A DNA stretch of 64,000 nucleotides from Acidobacteriota bacterium (GCA_965263035.1 OZ253580.1:4128001-4192000), one strand, 5' to 3'; shown: positions 36,152-46,257, counted from the stretch's first letter. Notes: a model not told the origin generated them from the sequence alone. Program-made: numbers and translations.

Positions 36152-38613
36152 CTGCCCTTTACCCACATATTGCACAGGGCAAATTAGCCGTCCGGTTTCA
36201 TTCATGTTTCTTCTCGTAAAGCGAAGCCCAGACACATGCCGTAGAGCGTGACGTAGCCCTGCCACATCAGTTGATGCCCAGGTGGGGAGTCGTGTTTACG
36301 AGCCAGATATCCTCCCAGGCGGGCCAGCACGAGCACGGCCGCCCCCAGGTCTTCCGGCGCTGGGAATCCTCGCGACGCGGCAAACGCCCCCAGGACCCGG
36401 ATTTCCAGATCGGAAAACAACAATTGCGCCGGCAGGTCCGGGTCCTCTCGCCCCAACAGCGTCATCAGCATGATCCGCCAGGCGATGACGGCGTGCATGG
36501 CGATGGCCCGTTTCAGACGTTCGGCGGTTTGGTGCTGGAGCTGTTGTACCCGGCATCCGGTCTTGAGCACCCGGAAATAATCCTCCACCCGCCAGCGCAG
36601 CGCATACCATCTCAGCAGTTGCTGCGCCGTCTCGACATCGGTCACCGGCAGGGTGGTGAGCAGGAACCATTCCAGGCGCTTCCCCTGCGCCGGCGGCGCG
36701 ACCTCCCGCGCGTGCACCACCGACAGTCTCAGCGACGGGATGCCGGTTGGGTTCCCGCGCGGCGCCGGAATCGTCAGGGTCTCGTAGCGCAGTTCCATCC
36801 GAGCCACCCGCGCCAGCCGCCGCGGGCGGGCCGCCTGCTTGCTGGCCTTGATCCGCGCACTCTGACGCTTCACCTCCAGCAGCATCCGGGCCCGCACCGG
36901 CGCCGATCGCAGGCGCCCGAACAGCTTCCGCTTCTGCTCCGGGTCCGGATCCGCGCTTTTCCCGGCCGCCTTCGCCGGGGTCTTCCTCTTCAGCACCCGA
37001 TCCTGCTTCGCACGCACCAGCAACTCCACCTCCGGAGACGCTCGTTGCTCGGCGAACAGTGCGAAAAAATCCGCCTCCCGGTCCACCACGCTGACCACCC
37101 GCACCCCGTCGAGGGACCGCGACACCTCGGCGCAGTCCCGAAGTCCCTCGATCCAGCGATACGTCTTCTTCTTTTTCCGCGTGGCCACCGGTCCCGGCTT
37201 CGGCGCGTCCAGCTTCGCCCGCAACACCCCCAGCGGCAGCCCCGTCTCACTCACCACCAGCGTCGCGTGCAGATGCAGTCCCCGCGCCGTCGCTCCCGTC
37301 TGGTTGCGCCCGATCACTCCCAGTCCCTCACACCGGCCGTGCCGCGTGAAGTTCAGATCGCTCCCGTCCTGGATGCACAGCACCGTCCGCTGCCCCTGCA
37401 TCCGCTGCCGGGTCCGCTCCCGGTGCGGGGCCAGGATGTTGGACACCGTCACCGCCGAGGCTTCCGGCTGGTCGATCAGCCGGTAGTATCCCTTGACCGC
37501 CGCAGAATCCCCCCGCGCCACTCCCGTGAACGCCCGCCCCGGCTCCTGCGCCTGTCGGTGCGCACTCTCCACCAGTCGCCGACTCAAGCGCCGGTCTCCC
37601 AGCGGCGCCCCGCCCAACTCCTGCTGAGCCCAGCCCGCTCCCTCCAGTCCCTCGCCCTCCGACATCGGTTCCACTCCCCGCCTCGGCGCCGGTCCCACCC
37701 CCAACCGCCGCCGCCAATCCCGGCACAACTCATACCCATAGATCGCCTTGCTCGTCTCCGCACCCCGGTGCGCCCGATCTTGCCGGCCTCGACCCTGCGT
37801 CTGCCCCAGAACCCTCCAGTTCGTGGCGCGCAAACTGGCCCCATCGTGGCGAGCCGTCTCCACGAAGGTCTCCACCAGCCAGGGACGGTAGCCGTAGCGC
37901 GCCTGGAACTCCGGACCCAGCCGCCGCAACACCTCCCCCAGCACCCGGGAGGCCAGATTACGACACCTCACTGACGGACGGATCAGAAACCGGCTCAGCC
38001 CCACCACCCGGTGCAGGTGCGCCCGGCGTTGTTCCTCATCCCATCCGATCCAGCGGTCCCGGTCCCGCAACCGCAACGCCGCCGCCCCGAACCCCAAGCC
38101 CCCCAGCCAGCCGTGGGCCGAGCCCACCAGATAGCGTAGTTGAGCACCCACCAACGGCCCCGCGCCCCGTGGATGCTCTCGCGCCATCAACTCGTTCCAG
38201 AGCGCTCGTTGCGGACCCGTCTCCACCAGAATCAACTCCAGCTCCCGCACGCCGTCCACCGTCTCGGGCACCCCGACCGGCTCCGGCACCGCACGGCCCA
38301 GTCCTCGGGGCCCGCAATGTTTCACCCGCCGTCGCGGCGTCGGCAGACGAATCCGTCCGCGCGCCTCCAACTCCCGGAGCGCCTTCAGGCAGCCGCTCCG
38401 TTGCGCCCGCCCTCGGGCATCGTGAAATCCAAACTCCGAGCAGACCCGGTCCGCCAGCGCCGTCCGGTGGGCGAACTTCTCCCGCCTCATCACGGCGTGC
38501 AAACGATCCAACTCTCGGCTCAAGGTGCGCTTGATCTGGTTCTGAACTACCATGTCGTGAAGACTACGACAGGCATTCTTGTTTGTCCAGCACTATTTGT
38601 GGGTATAGGGCAG
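36152..38613 (-). mobile_element. IS4-family insertion sequence, 2462 bp, intact
   Basis: IRs CTGCCCTTTACCCACATAT / ATTTGTGGGTATAGGGCAG (17/19); 8-bp TSD CGCTAGGA at 36144-36151 and 38614-38621. Confidence 0.92.
36202..38553 (-). CDS. IS4-family (IS50/Tn5-like) transposase with an N-terminal DUF4338 (DruA-like) domain
   Basis: N-terminal RDRWIGW, SRFLIRP.V..NLAS, VETFVE; C-terminal LGDRRLSRRL, IQDGSDL, DREAD, YALRWRVEDYFRVLKTGC, ARLGGYL. Confidence 0.9.
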   Translation of the reverse strand: MVVQNQIKRTLSRELDRLHAVMRREKFAHRTALADRVCSEFGFHDARGRAQRSGCLKALRELEARGRIRLPTPRRRVKHCGPRGLGRAVPEPVGVPETVDGVRELELILVETGPQRALWNELMAREHPRGAGPLVGAQLRYLVGSAHGWLGGLGFGAAALRLRDRDRWIGWDEEQRRAHLHRVVGLSRFLIRPSVRCRNLASRVLGEVLRRLGPEFQARYGYRPWLVETFVETARHDGASLRATNWRVLGQTQGRGRQDRAHRGAETSKAIYGYELCRDWRRRLGVGPAPRRGVEPMSEGEGLEGAGWAQQELGGAPLGDRRLSRRLVESAHRQAQEPGRAFTGVARGDSAAVKGYYRLIDQPEASAVTVSNILAPHRERTRQRMQGQRTVLCIQDGSDLNFTRHGRCEGLGVIGRNQTGATARGLHLHATLVVSETGLPLGVLRAKLDAPKPGPVATRKKKKTYRWIEGLRDCAEVSRSLDGVRVVSVVDREADFFALFAEQRASPEVELLVRAKQDRVLKRKTPAKAAGKSADPDPEQKRKLFGRLRSAPVRARMLLEVKRQSARIKASKQAARPRRLARVARMELRYETLTIPAPRGNPTGIPSLRLSVVHAREVAPPAQGKRLEWFLLTTLPVTDVETAQQLLRWYALRWRVEDYFRVLKTGCRVQQLQHQTAERLKRAIAMHAVIAWRIMLMTLLGREDPDLPAQLLFSDLEIRVLGAFAASRGFPAPEDLGAAVLVLARLGGYLARKHDSPPGHQLMWQGYVTLYGMCLGFALREET

Positions 38614-38618
38614 CGCTA

Positions 38619-38642
38619 GGAGGGGGGACATCCTTGTCCCCC
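38619..38642 (+). repeat. GGAG-type REP-like hairpin at the IS4 insertion site
   Basis: GGAG-GGGGGACA-TCCT-TGTCCCCC; a related inverted copy ends GCCGCTGCTCC near 38711. Confidence 0.55.
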
Positions 38643-39043
38643 ATTCCTCCTCCTCCAGCGCCTCCATGGGGATTCGGCGGCTGGAAAATCGCTATTCCAA
38701 GCCGCTGCTCCCCCGCTGCCCCTGTTTCTGTCTGAACTGTGCCGGGTCCCGGCCGGTGGGGGAGCTTCCAGGAAACGAGGGGTGAGAGCAGAGGAAGTGC
38801 CAGGCGAACTGCGGTGCAGGCTGGCTTCCACTCGATGCAACTGAACCAAGTGTGAAGAAAAGAGAAGAACCGGGAGAAGGAGGCATCGGGGCGACCCTCG
38901 CGCTGGGTTGTTGCTCCTAGCTTCTTCATAATGTCAATGGCCATCGAAAACTGGAACCGTTCAGCCGGGATGCAAGGCCGGTCGAATGCCGTCGTCCTGC
39001 GACAATGAATGCCGGTGAGGAAAACGAATGGAAGGGAATAGTC

Positions 39044-41287
39044 ATGAGTCTTGGAAGAGGGTTGATTCGTCTGACACTGCTGCTGCTATTGGTGCCGGGC
39101 TTGGCATGCAAACGGCTTCCACAAGTGGATGTCGTGATGGGCAGTGCGGCGCCGGAGCTGGAGCGCTTTGCGGCCCGCGAGCTGTGTGACTACCTGGCCC
39201 AGCTCTATGGGATTCAGGCCTATCCGGCGCGGAGCCCTTCCGCCACCTCCGAAGCGGTGATTCTGATCGGCAGTCCGCGGACCAACGCGACGGTGAAGGG
39301 GGTGACCGGGAGACCGCCCTTTCCGGAGGTCAGCGATCAGGGAATCGTGCTGCGACGGACGGAGCTGGGAGGACGGCCGGCACTGATCGTAGCCGGAGGC
39401 AGTCCCCAAGCGACCTTGTGGGCGGTCTACGAGCTGGTGGAGCGCTGGGGCGTACGCTATTTCACGGACCGGGACGTATTGCCGGACCGGGGGAAAGCGT
39501 TCGAGCTTACGGACCTGGATGTCGTGATGGAGCCGGTCTTTCGAGTTCGGGGACACCCGAGCATTCAGGACTTCGCTCCCAGCGGTGAGTCCTGGGGCAT
39601 GGCCGACTTCCGGGTCCTGATCGACCAGCTCGCAAAGATGAAGTTCAATCGGCTGCACATCTACCCCTACATGTACCAGCCCTATCTGCACTGGGAGCAC
39701 AAGGGGATCAAACGGCGCTCTACCTCCCTTTGGTACGGTCAGCGGTTTCCCATCACTCCGGACATGTGGGGGCGGGAGCTGTTCGAAGATGCCAGCGAAT
39801 TCTGGAATCCGGATCTGCCCGTGAGAGGTCGTTATGTGGACATGATGGCCGCCGGCGAGCGGCAGGTGCACAATCTGATCGAATACGCGCACCGCCGGGG
39901 CCTGGAGTGCGACGTCACCGCTCCCACCAACGATTTTCCTCCCGAATTCGCGCCCTTGTTGAGAGGAGCGGAGAAGTCATTTCAGCTCGCGGTTCGTCCC
40001 GGTTCGAACACGCCCGTGGACGACCCGGTGGTATTCGACCTGTCCGCCGCCATCCTGCGCGCGACGGTCAACACCTATCCGGAAGCGGACCGCGTGAGCG
40101 TTGCGATGCCGGAGGAAAAGCAGTGGCTGGCGGAGTATGAACGCGCCTGGAAACTGCTGGATGCCAAATACGGAATCAGCCGGATACGTTCGCTTCAGGA
40201 GATTGTGGCAGCGTCCGGGCAGCGTCAGGGGTCCGGGCGCTGGCCGGGAGAGCTGGGCGCGGCGCAGCTCAAAGGCGATCTCACCTCCCTCTATTTCTAT
40301 GATCGCCTGCTGAATGATCCTGAAATTCTCAAGGGCACCATGCGCCCCGACATGAAGTTCGTCTATGAGGGACCCGCCGAGGAACTGTTCCCCTTCTTCG
40401 ACCGGATTCTGCCTGCGGGATCCGAAGTCGGGATCCACCCCGAGAACCAGCCGGAGCACTTCCTGCCGCGCGCCGAGGTTCTCTCAACCCTGAACACGCA
40501 GAAAGTGCCGGGTTTCATGCATGTGACGCTGGACGACGATGTGGTGGGTCTGGTGCCGCAACTGCGGCCGACCGTGCTGCATGACGTCCTGCGGGAATTG
40601 CATCGTCATGGTTGGACCGGATTCATCGCTCGCGAACGCTTTCCGGCGGACCACGACGCGGTCTTGGCCTATCTGGCGAAAGCCGGCTGGGACCGGGAGG
40701 CGAATCCGAAGCTGGTGGCGCGCGATCTGGTCCGGACCGTTTGTGGGGAAGGGGCTGTCGAAGATTTGGTGGCGGCCTTCGATCTTGTGGAATCGGCCAC
40801 TCTCACCTTGGCCACCAGCCGGGCCGACAGTCCCGAGGCCGGAGTCACGGCCGGAGCGCAGCGTCTTGACATTCCATTTGCCTTTTATGTGCCTCGAATG
40901 ATGATGAAGTTCTGGAGGCCCCAGCCGGTTCCGGCCTATCTGGGATACGTGCAACGGGATTACCGGGAGGCACTGGAGGCGGCCCGGCGTGCCTGGGAGA
41001 AGTCGGAGCCGCAGGGACGATGGTATCCCCAGTTCTGGGTGGGGCGGTTGGAGTTTGCCCTGGGTTACGCCAACACGGTGGAAGCATTGCACCGGGGAGC
41101 CCTGGCTGAGAAGGCCGGTCGACGCCAAGAGGCCCTCAGTCAGGCCCGGAACGGATTGGAGACGCTGCGCGAAGCCACGGAAGCCTACGTCCGGGTGGCC
41201 CGCAATCGGACCGATCTGGGCGCCATCGCCGTCCTCAACGAATACGGCTATCGTCCGTTGAAGGCCAAAGTCGCCGAACTCCAGTAG
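39044..41287 (+). CDS. exported glycoside-hydrolase-like lipoprotein, paralog 6
   Basis: Lipobox-like GLAC; closely similar to paralog 2 along its whole length. Confidence 0.8.
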   Translation: MSLGRGLIRLTLLLLLVPGLACKRLPQVDVVMGSAAPELERFAARELCDYLAQLYGIQAYPARSPSATSEAVILIGSPRTNATVKGVTGRPPFPEVSDQGIVLRRTELGGRPALIVAGGSPQATLWAVYELVERWGVRYFTDRDVLPDRGKAFELTDLDVVMEPVFRVRGHPSIQDFAPSGESWGMADFRVLIDQLAKMKFNRLHIYPYMYQPYLHWEHKGIKRRSTSLWYGQRFPITPDMWGRELFEDASEFWNPDLPVRGRYVDMMAAGERQVHNLIEYAHRRGLECDVTAPTNDFPPEFAPLLRGAEKSFQLAVRPGSNTPVDDPVVFDLSAAILRATVNTYPEADRVSVAMPEEKQWLAEYERAWKLLDAKYGISRIRSLQEIVAASGQRQGSGRWPGELGAAQLKGDLTSLYFYDRLLNDPEILKGTMRPDMKFVYEGPAEELFPFFDRILPAGSEVGIHPENQPEHFLPRAEVLSTLNTQKVPGFMHVTLDDDVVGLVPQLRPTVLHDVLRELHRHGWTGFIARERFPADHDAVLAYLAKAGWDREANPKLVARDLVRTVCGEGAVEDLVAAFDLVESATLTLATSRADSPEAGVTAGAQRLDIPFAFYVPRMMMKFWRPQPVPAYLGYVQRDYREALEAARRAWEKSEPQGRWYPQFWVGRLEFALGYANTVEALHRGALAEKAGRRQEALSQARNGLETLREATEAYVRVARNRTDLGAIAVLNEYGYRPLKAKVAELQ

Positions 41288-41432
41288 CTGGTTCCGGGTA
41301 GACTCGACTGACGGCAGGAAGCGGCTCCCGGAGGTTTGGGAGGAGAGTCGGCCCGTCCGGCGCCGCCGGCGTTGAAAAATCCGGCAGCCTGGCGGGGCCG
41401 CGGCTGTCCACAACCGTTGTCGGCGGCACTTG

Positions 41433-42977
41433 TCAGGCCAAGGCGAACGAGTACAGTTCGGCCTTCTCCATGAAGAATCGGATCTTGCGGAATCGCTCGA
41501 ACTCGGGCGCCGGGTAGGGAGCAGTCTCCTCGGGCACGGACGGCATCTCGGTCCGGCCGTTCCAGGAGAAGGTGTGTTCGACCGAATCCCCCCGAAAGAT
41601 GTCGCACTCCTGACGGCTGAAGCCGGGGATGACCCGGTCGCGGAGATCGACGATTTCCGCAGCGATCGAGCCCCCGCCGTAACACCGCAGATTGGCCCTC
41701 AGCCGCCGCCCCTCCGAGATCAGAGGCCGCGTCACCAGGATGCCGCGGCGCGTGGGGCCGGCGTCCAGAGAGACGAACCCGTCCACCCGCAACTTGGCCA
41801 GACCCAGGGCGTAGTTGACCCCGTCCGGGTCCGTCACCTCGGGCACGTCCAAACCCTCCCGGGCGCCGGAAATCCACCAATCGTGATGGTTGGAAGAACC
41901 ACCGTGATAGATGAAGAGCTCGTCTCCAACCCGGATGGGCTCGTGGGTGATGGTGGCCATGTAGGCATCCCAGTGGCCTTCGCCTCGGGGTGTGAGGAAG
42001 GGCTGGCGTTTGTTCAAGTGGTGCCACGTCTTCCCGTTCCGGCTGTAAACGAGTCGGACTCCCATCTCATTCGAGACGTAGCTCATGGTGTTGAGGAACC
42101 CCATTTGCACGCCGCCGGCTGCAAATGGGTAGAAGCCGTAGTAGGTCTCGTCCAGGCCGTCTTCGCCGTCCTCGGGAGTCAATGCCGCATAGGGCTCCGA
42201 CCAATGGATCATGTCGGCGCTCTCCGTCTGCCAGATCCGCCGTTTGTTGATGCGGCGCCAATCCAGGGGATAGTAGGGCGGACAGATCGTCCACGCTTCC
42301 AGCTCCGGATTGTCCAGGTTCCGGGCGATGGCGTACATGTCGTAGTGGCGCATGTTGAGGATGAAGATCCGGCCAAAGGGATCGTAGGAGAGCGCGTTCG
42401 AATCATCCATTTTGGACCCGGACCGGCCCATCTGGGGCCGTTCCGGCAGGTCGTTCCAGTGCCTCAGGTCTTCGGACGTGGCCGCCATCACCTTCCAGGA
42501 GGACTCGAACAGCTTCTTGGGGAGATAGCTGAGATAGATGGCTTTGAATCGCCGGGCAGCCTCCTCCTCGTGGGGGTCGAGAATATAGGTCATGCCGTAG
42601 GCGTTGGGGATGACGATGTTGGTGTCCCGGCCATCATGTTGGAACACGTCGAGTTCCGGCTTTCGCCAGTGCAGCCCGTCTTCGGACTCGGCGTACAGGA
42701 GATGGAACGCTGGTGGATCGTGAGGTGTCTTTCCCCGGTTCCAGATCTGATAGACGCATTTGAAGATCCCGTCCGTGGGGTCGCGAACCACGCGGGAGCC
42801 GTTGAAGGTGAAATAGGTGATCTGTTCCCAGGGCCGGTCTCGGACTATGACCGGCGTCTCGACCCGGGTCGGCTGGTGCCAGGTTCGGCAGACGTTCTCC
42901 ACGGACTCGATGACCAGATCGTCGACGAAGACCTGCTTGGAATATCCGATGTCCAGCATCGTGGGTTCATAGATCAT
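41433..42977 (-). CDS. GH32/GH43-like beta-propeller glycosidase-like protein, copy A
   Basis: YAESEDGLHWRKPEL, TSEDLRHW, ESADMIHWS, YSRNGKTW, LAKLRVDGFVSL; AGGAG RBS. Confidence 0.75.
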   Translation of the reverse strand: MIYEPTMLDIGYSKQVFVDDLVIESVENVCRTWHQPTRVETPVIVRDRPWEQITYFTFNGSRVVRDPTDGIFKCVYQIWNRGKTPHDPPAFHLLYAESEDGLHWRKPELDVFQHDGRDTNIVIPNAYGMTYILDPHEEEAARRFKAIYLSYLPKKLFESSWKVMAATSEDLRHWNDLPERPQMGRSGSKMDDSNALSYDPFGRIFILNMRHYDMYAIARNLDNPELEAWTICPPYYPLDWRRINKRRIWQTESADMIHWSEPYAALTPEDGEDGLDETYYGFYPFAAGGVQMGFLNTMSYVSNEMGVRLVYSRNGKTWHHLNKRQPFLTPRGEGHWDAYMATITHEPIRVGDELFIYHGGSSNHHDWWISGAREGLDVPEVTDPDGVNYALGLAKLRVDGFVSLDAGPTRRGILVTRPLISEGRRLRANLRCYGGGSIAAEIVDLRDRVIPGFSRQECDIFRGDSVEHTFSWNGRTEMPSVPEETAPYPAPEFERFRKIRFFMEKAELYSFALA

Positions 42978-43158
42978 CTTGGGTTCTCCTTTTCGGTATT
43001 GGAGCCGTGCCGCTCAAACCGGTATTCAACCGGGATCGGCCCACCGCTTACAGTCTTCGTGAAACCGTCGGCCGGAGGTGCATCCCGCCTGCCCGAGGGA
43101 CAGGGTAACCATAAAGGCCGCTTCTACAAGAGTTGCCACCATTTGCACTAAAAATCGC
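41433..43158. repeat. direct duplication, copy 1 (copy 2 at ~49092-50818)
   Basis: Gene plus ~180 bp upstream is near-identical to 49092-50818. Confidence 0.9.
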
Positions 43159-43211
43159 CTAGGAGGCTGTCCGAGAACTCGGTATTGAGCGACGTTCGTC
43201 CATGACAACGC

Positions 43212-44024
43212 TCATGGGCGATGGTCGTTGGCTTGGAAGATCGTCGAATCTCGGCCTTCAAAGCCGGTGAACTCGGGTTTTTGCGCCATTTTCGACTCGA
43301 AAAGGGCCGAAAAGCTGATCTGCTTCTTGTCCTCGATCTGCTGACCCGGTCGAAGCTCCGCCTCCCGCGCTTCCAGCGTCTGCTTCATCTCCCGGACCTT
43401 CTTCAACCGCTGCTTCTTGTCGCGCAGGTCATCGGGCAGCTATTACCCGGTCCGCTCCTGGTAGACCCGATCCTCTTCCTCGTCACAGCGGTCCGCCTGC
43501 CGGGTCAAGGCTTCGATCTCCTCGCACAATTCCTGCTCCTTCTCCTTCAGTCGCCCGTAGCTCATCGCCTTGTGCTTCGAGCTGTTCGCCTTGAACTGGG
43601 AGCCGTCCGGACTGACGTGTCCCAAGGACACCAGCGCCAGCGCCAACTGCACCGTCTGTTTGAAGCCAGCCCGGAAGAATTCCCCGCGGTCCTTCCGGAA
43701 ATCGCTCAACACCCGGAAGTTCGGGCAGTTCCTCCCCGCGATGTACATGAACCCCAGATCCTCCCGGCAGCGCTGCTCGATCTGCCGGGAGCTGAACACG
43801 CCGCGGCTGTAGGCGTAGATCAGGATCGACACGATCTGGCGCGGCGCGTAGGCGCGCTGGCCCCGGTCGCTGTACTGGGCCTCCACTTCCGACGTGTCCA
43901 GTTGCTCGAACAGTTCCTGATAGAGGAAACATTCGTGATCCTCCGGCAAGAGGTCGAACAGGTTGGTCGCATACAACCGACTCTGGCAATAGTCCTTGCG
44001 ATAGGGCTTGAATCGGGGGGCCAT
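43212..44024 (-). pseudogene. IS1182-family transposase, frameshifted and truncated
   Basis: LLPEDH, YAYSRGVFSSRQIE, PNFRVLSDFRK, DGSQFKANSSKHKAMSY; stop at 43443, continuation in another frame, most of the DDE domain missing. Confidence 0.85.
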
Positions 44025-44095
44025 CCGACATTCTCCCGATGACCTGTTTCCCCTTATTTTAGGGGATTATATACGAAAGTGCCGAAACCTGAGCA

Positions 44096-44278
44096 TTAAC
44101 GCCGGTTCCGTGGCCGGTCTATCCATCTGATATTCACGGGCTGGACCAATGCACGGGCCAGCTCCTCGAAGTCTGCTTCCACGCGCATATCCTGTTCCAG
44201 TTCGGCCTTGGTCGGTTGGTAGGAATCCTTGACCAGTTCGATGGTGGGATGTTGGGGATTGTGTCTGGGTTTCTTCAT
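44096..44278 (-). CDS. small IS1595 passenger protein (60 aa)
   Basis: ATGA-coupled to the upstream passenger gene and ends just inside the IR. Confidence 0.55.
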   Translation of the reverse strand: MKKPRHNPQHPTIELVKDSYQPTKAELEQDMRVEADFEELARALVQPVNIRWIDRPRNRR

Positions 44279-44780
44279 GCGGCCCTCGGCATCCTAGGTT
44301 GCTTCCCCTCAAAGGAGTCTTCCGGCGTGTAGATTTGAATCTTGGGCAGGTCCATGAAGCGTCCGGCGTTGACGGCGGCATTTCTCATGCCGTTGGTCAC
44401 TCTGTCTCGAAAGCAGGTGAAGATGCCGAGATCAGCTCCGGCCTGTTGACGTGCGCCGTTGAAGGCTTGGACGTGTCCGGGATTGGTAGAGCCGCCTTTG
44501 ACCTGAGAAACGATGTCAATGAACCGGCCCTTGCGGACCGGGAGCCGTCCCACGCCGTCAATTCCGCCATCCCGTCTCTGGATTCGGTTCGGCTCCATAC
44601 CGTCCACCAGAGCAGCAGCCCACCTCTCAAACCGGAATTTATCGATGCTGGCAAGCTCCTGAGCGTGTGTGATGGTATGGGGAAGGCCAATGTATTGGGT
44701 GTGTTCCCAACGGATTCATCCGGGACATCCTCCCGCATGACTTCAAGGTTGTCTCCAAAGCTCAGTCGATTTTCGTTCAA
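44275..44780 (-). pseudogene. DNA methyltransferase-Mrr-like nuclease fusion, internally deleted
   Basis: MTase start NRLSFGDNLEVMREDVPDESV joined out of frame to ...FERWAAALVDG...DGGIDG...SQVKGG...LGIF nuclease-like C-terminus. Confidence 0.7.
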
Positions 44781-45727
44781 CCCACCAAATCCTTGTAACG
44801 CAGCCGCTTTCCCACCATCCGGTCAGCGACCAGGGCCATTTGATCCAACGTGTCCATGCGCCTTAGGTTGTGACGTGCGGCAAACTCTCCAACGTATCGG
44901 TCGGTGTGCTGTTCCGAGAAGTGGTGAAAGGTTCCGTGGTAACTCCGCTTCAACATGGACCAGAATGATTCGGCTCCGTTGGTGTGGCAGTTGCCTTTGA
45001 CGTACTCCTGAAGAGAATGCCTGACCGTCTCGTGATGGACAAGCCGGCCGTAAGAGGTTGAATCGTCCGTGTAGATCTTGGCATCTTCTCCCACGTGCTC
45101 CAAGACGAAACGGGAGAGGGTTTCAGACTTGGTGTCAGGGACGACTCGGGCCGACACTTGGTTGGAGGGGCGATCTTTGACGGCAGCCACGGCCGTCTTT
45201 CCAACGGCTCCACGTCCCTCCAGTTTGGCGCGTTTGGCCTTCGGCATATTCTTCCGCTTTCCGCCGAGATACGCCTCGTCAGCCTCGACCGGGCCGGAGA
45301 ACAGGGCCATTCCAGTCAGGTTCAGACCTTTCCGTATCCGGTGAGCAAGGTGCCAAGCCGTCTTCTGTGTTACGTCCAGGTCACGATGCAGCTTCATGGA
45401 GGAAACGCTCTTGAGGCTGGTAGTAAGGAGGTAGGTAGCAAGCAACCAAGTCTGATAGCCGAGTTTGGAGGACTGCATAACCGTCCCGACCCGGACGCTG
45501 AACCGCTTGCCGCAATCGCGGCAACGATACGGCATGGAAGGATGCTTGGCTCCGGTCTGGACGTTGGTGGAGCCGCAATGGACGCAACAGACTTCCTCCG
45601 GCCACCGCTGCTTTATGAACCATTCCTCAACGGCTTTATCGTCGGGAAATCTCTTGAAGAATCCGCGCAGTGAAAGTCCCTCTCGGAACGCCTTTCCGGG
45701 TGCCTTGTTCCGTGTCTCGTAACTCAT
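44777..45727 (-). CDS. IS1595-family (ISXO2-like) transposase
   Basis: Zn ribbon CVHC..CRDC, VEADEAY, YTDDSTSY, HTNGAESFWSMLKR; AGGAGG before ATG 45727. Confidence 0.93.
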   Translation of the reverse strand: MSYETRNKAPGKAFREGLSLRGFFKRFPDDKAVEEWFIKQRWPEEVCCVHCGSTNVQTGAKHPSMPYRCRDCGKRFSVRVGTVMQSSKLGYQTWLLATYLLTTSLKSVSSMKLHRDLDVTQKTAWHLAHRIRKGLNLTGMALFSGPVEADEAYLGGKRKNMPKAKRAKLEGRGAVGKTAVAAVKDRPSNQVSARVVPDTKSETLSRFVLEHVGEDAKIYTDDSTSYGRLVHHETVRHSLQEYVKGNCHTNGAESFWSMLKRSYHGTFHHFSEQHTDRYVGEFAARHNLRRMDTLDQMALVADRMVGKRLRYKDLVG

Positions 45728-46111
45728 TGCATCCTCCTGACTTACAAGACATATTCTATAGGAAAGTACCGGCATTATCAACCCCTACGGGCAACTTTTT
45801 CGGCACTTTCGTATATAATCCCCTTATTTTAGGGAGCGTCGGTGACAGCCCCATTCTCGGACAGCCTCCTAGGACGGATCGAAGGCTATCTCGACTTGCC
45901 GCGGCAGTTCTTCTTAGGGAACGGACGCGGCACGGCGGCTTGATCCTGGCCTCGTGCGACAAGACCCGCCATACGGTCTGTATTGGTCGATCTCCCTTGC
46001 ACCAAGGGTCAGAGGTATAAATCCCTGGACTTCGCCGCCAACTGCCCCCGGCTCCGCCGCTCGGGAAGCGCCCGGGTGAATATCGCAGAGAGCGGCTCAG
46101 AATCGACTTAA

Positions 46112-46257
46112 CAGCCCGTGGCAAAAGTCGCCACGGCATCCGACCGTCCCTGCATCCCGGCGGACTGCGTTGCGATTCGGTCACAACTCCCGAATCGCGC
46201 CTTGTCCGGCGGGCGCAGGAACGGTCTCGGTGCTCGCGGGACTTTCACCACGGACTG
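46112..46257. mobile_element. MITE, copy 1 (146 bp)
   Basis: Ends CAGCCCGTGGCAAAAGTC / GACTTTCACCACGGACTG; TTAA on both sides; homologous to 48362-48519. Confidence 0.85.

Larger units (their letters stand above)
44062..45823 (-). mobile_element. IS1595-family element with passenger genes, 1762 bp
   Basis: Perfect 26-bp IR GGGGATTATATACGAAAGTGCCGAAA; 8-bp TSD TTATTTTA at 44054-44061 and 45824-45831. Confidence 0.93.
43163..45868 (-). mobile_element. IS1182-family element, internally deleted, carrying a nested IS1595
   Basis: Perfect 15-bp IR GAGGCTGTCCGAGAA / TTCTCGGACAGCCTC; CTAG TSD at 43159-43162 and 45869-45872. Confidence 0.88.

Noticed and set aside
36202-38553. Druantia defence system
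   Set aside because: The DUF4338 domain is fused to a transposase inside IS ends, and no other dru genes are present
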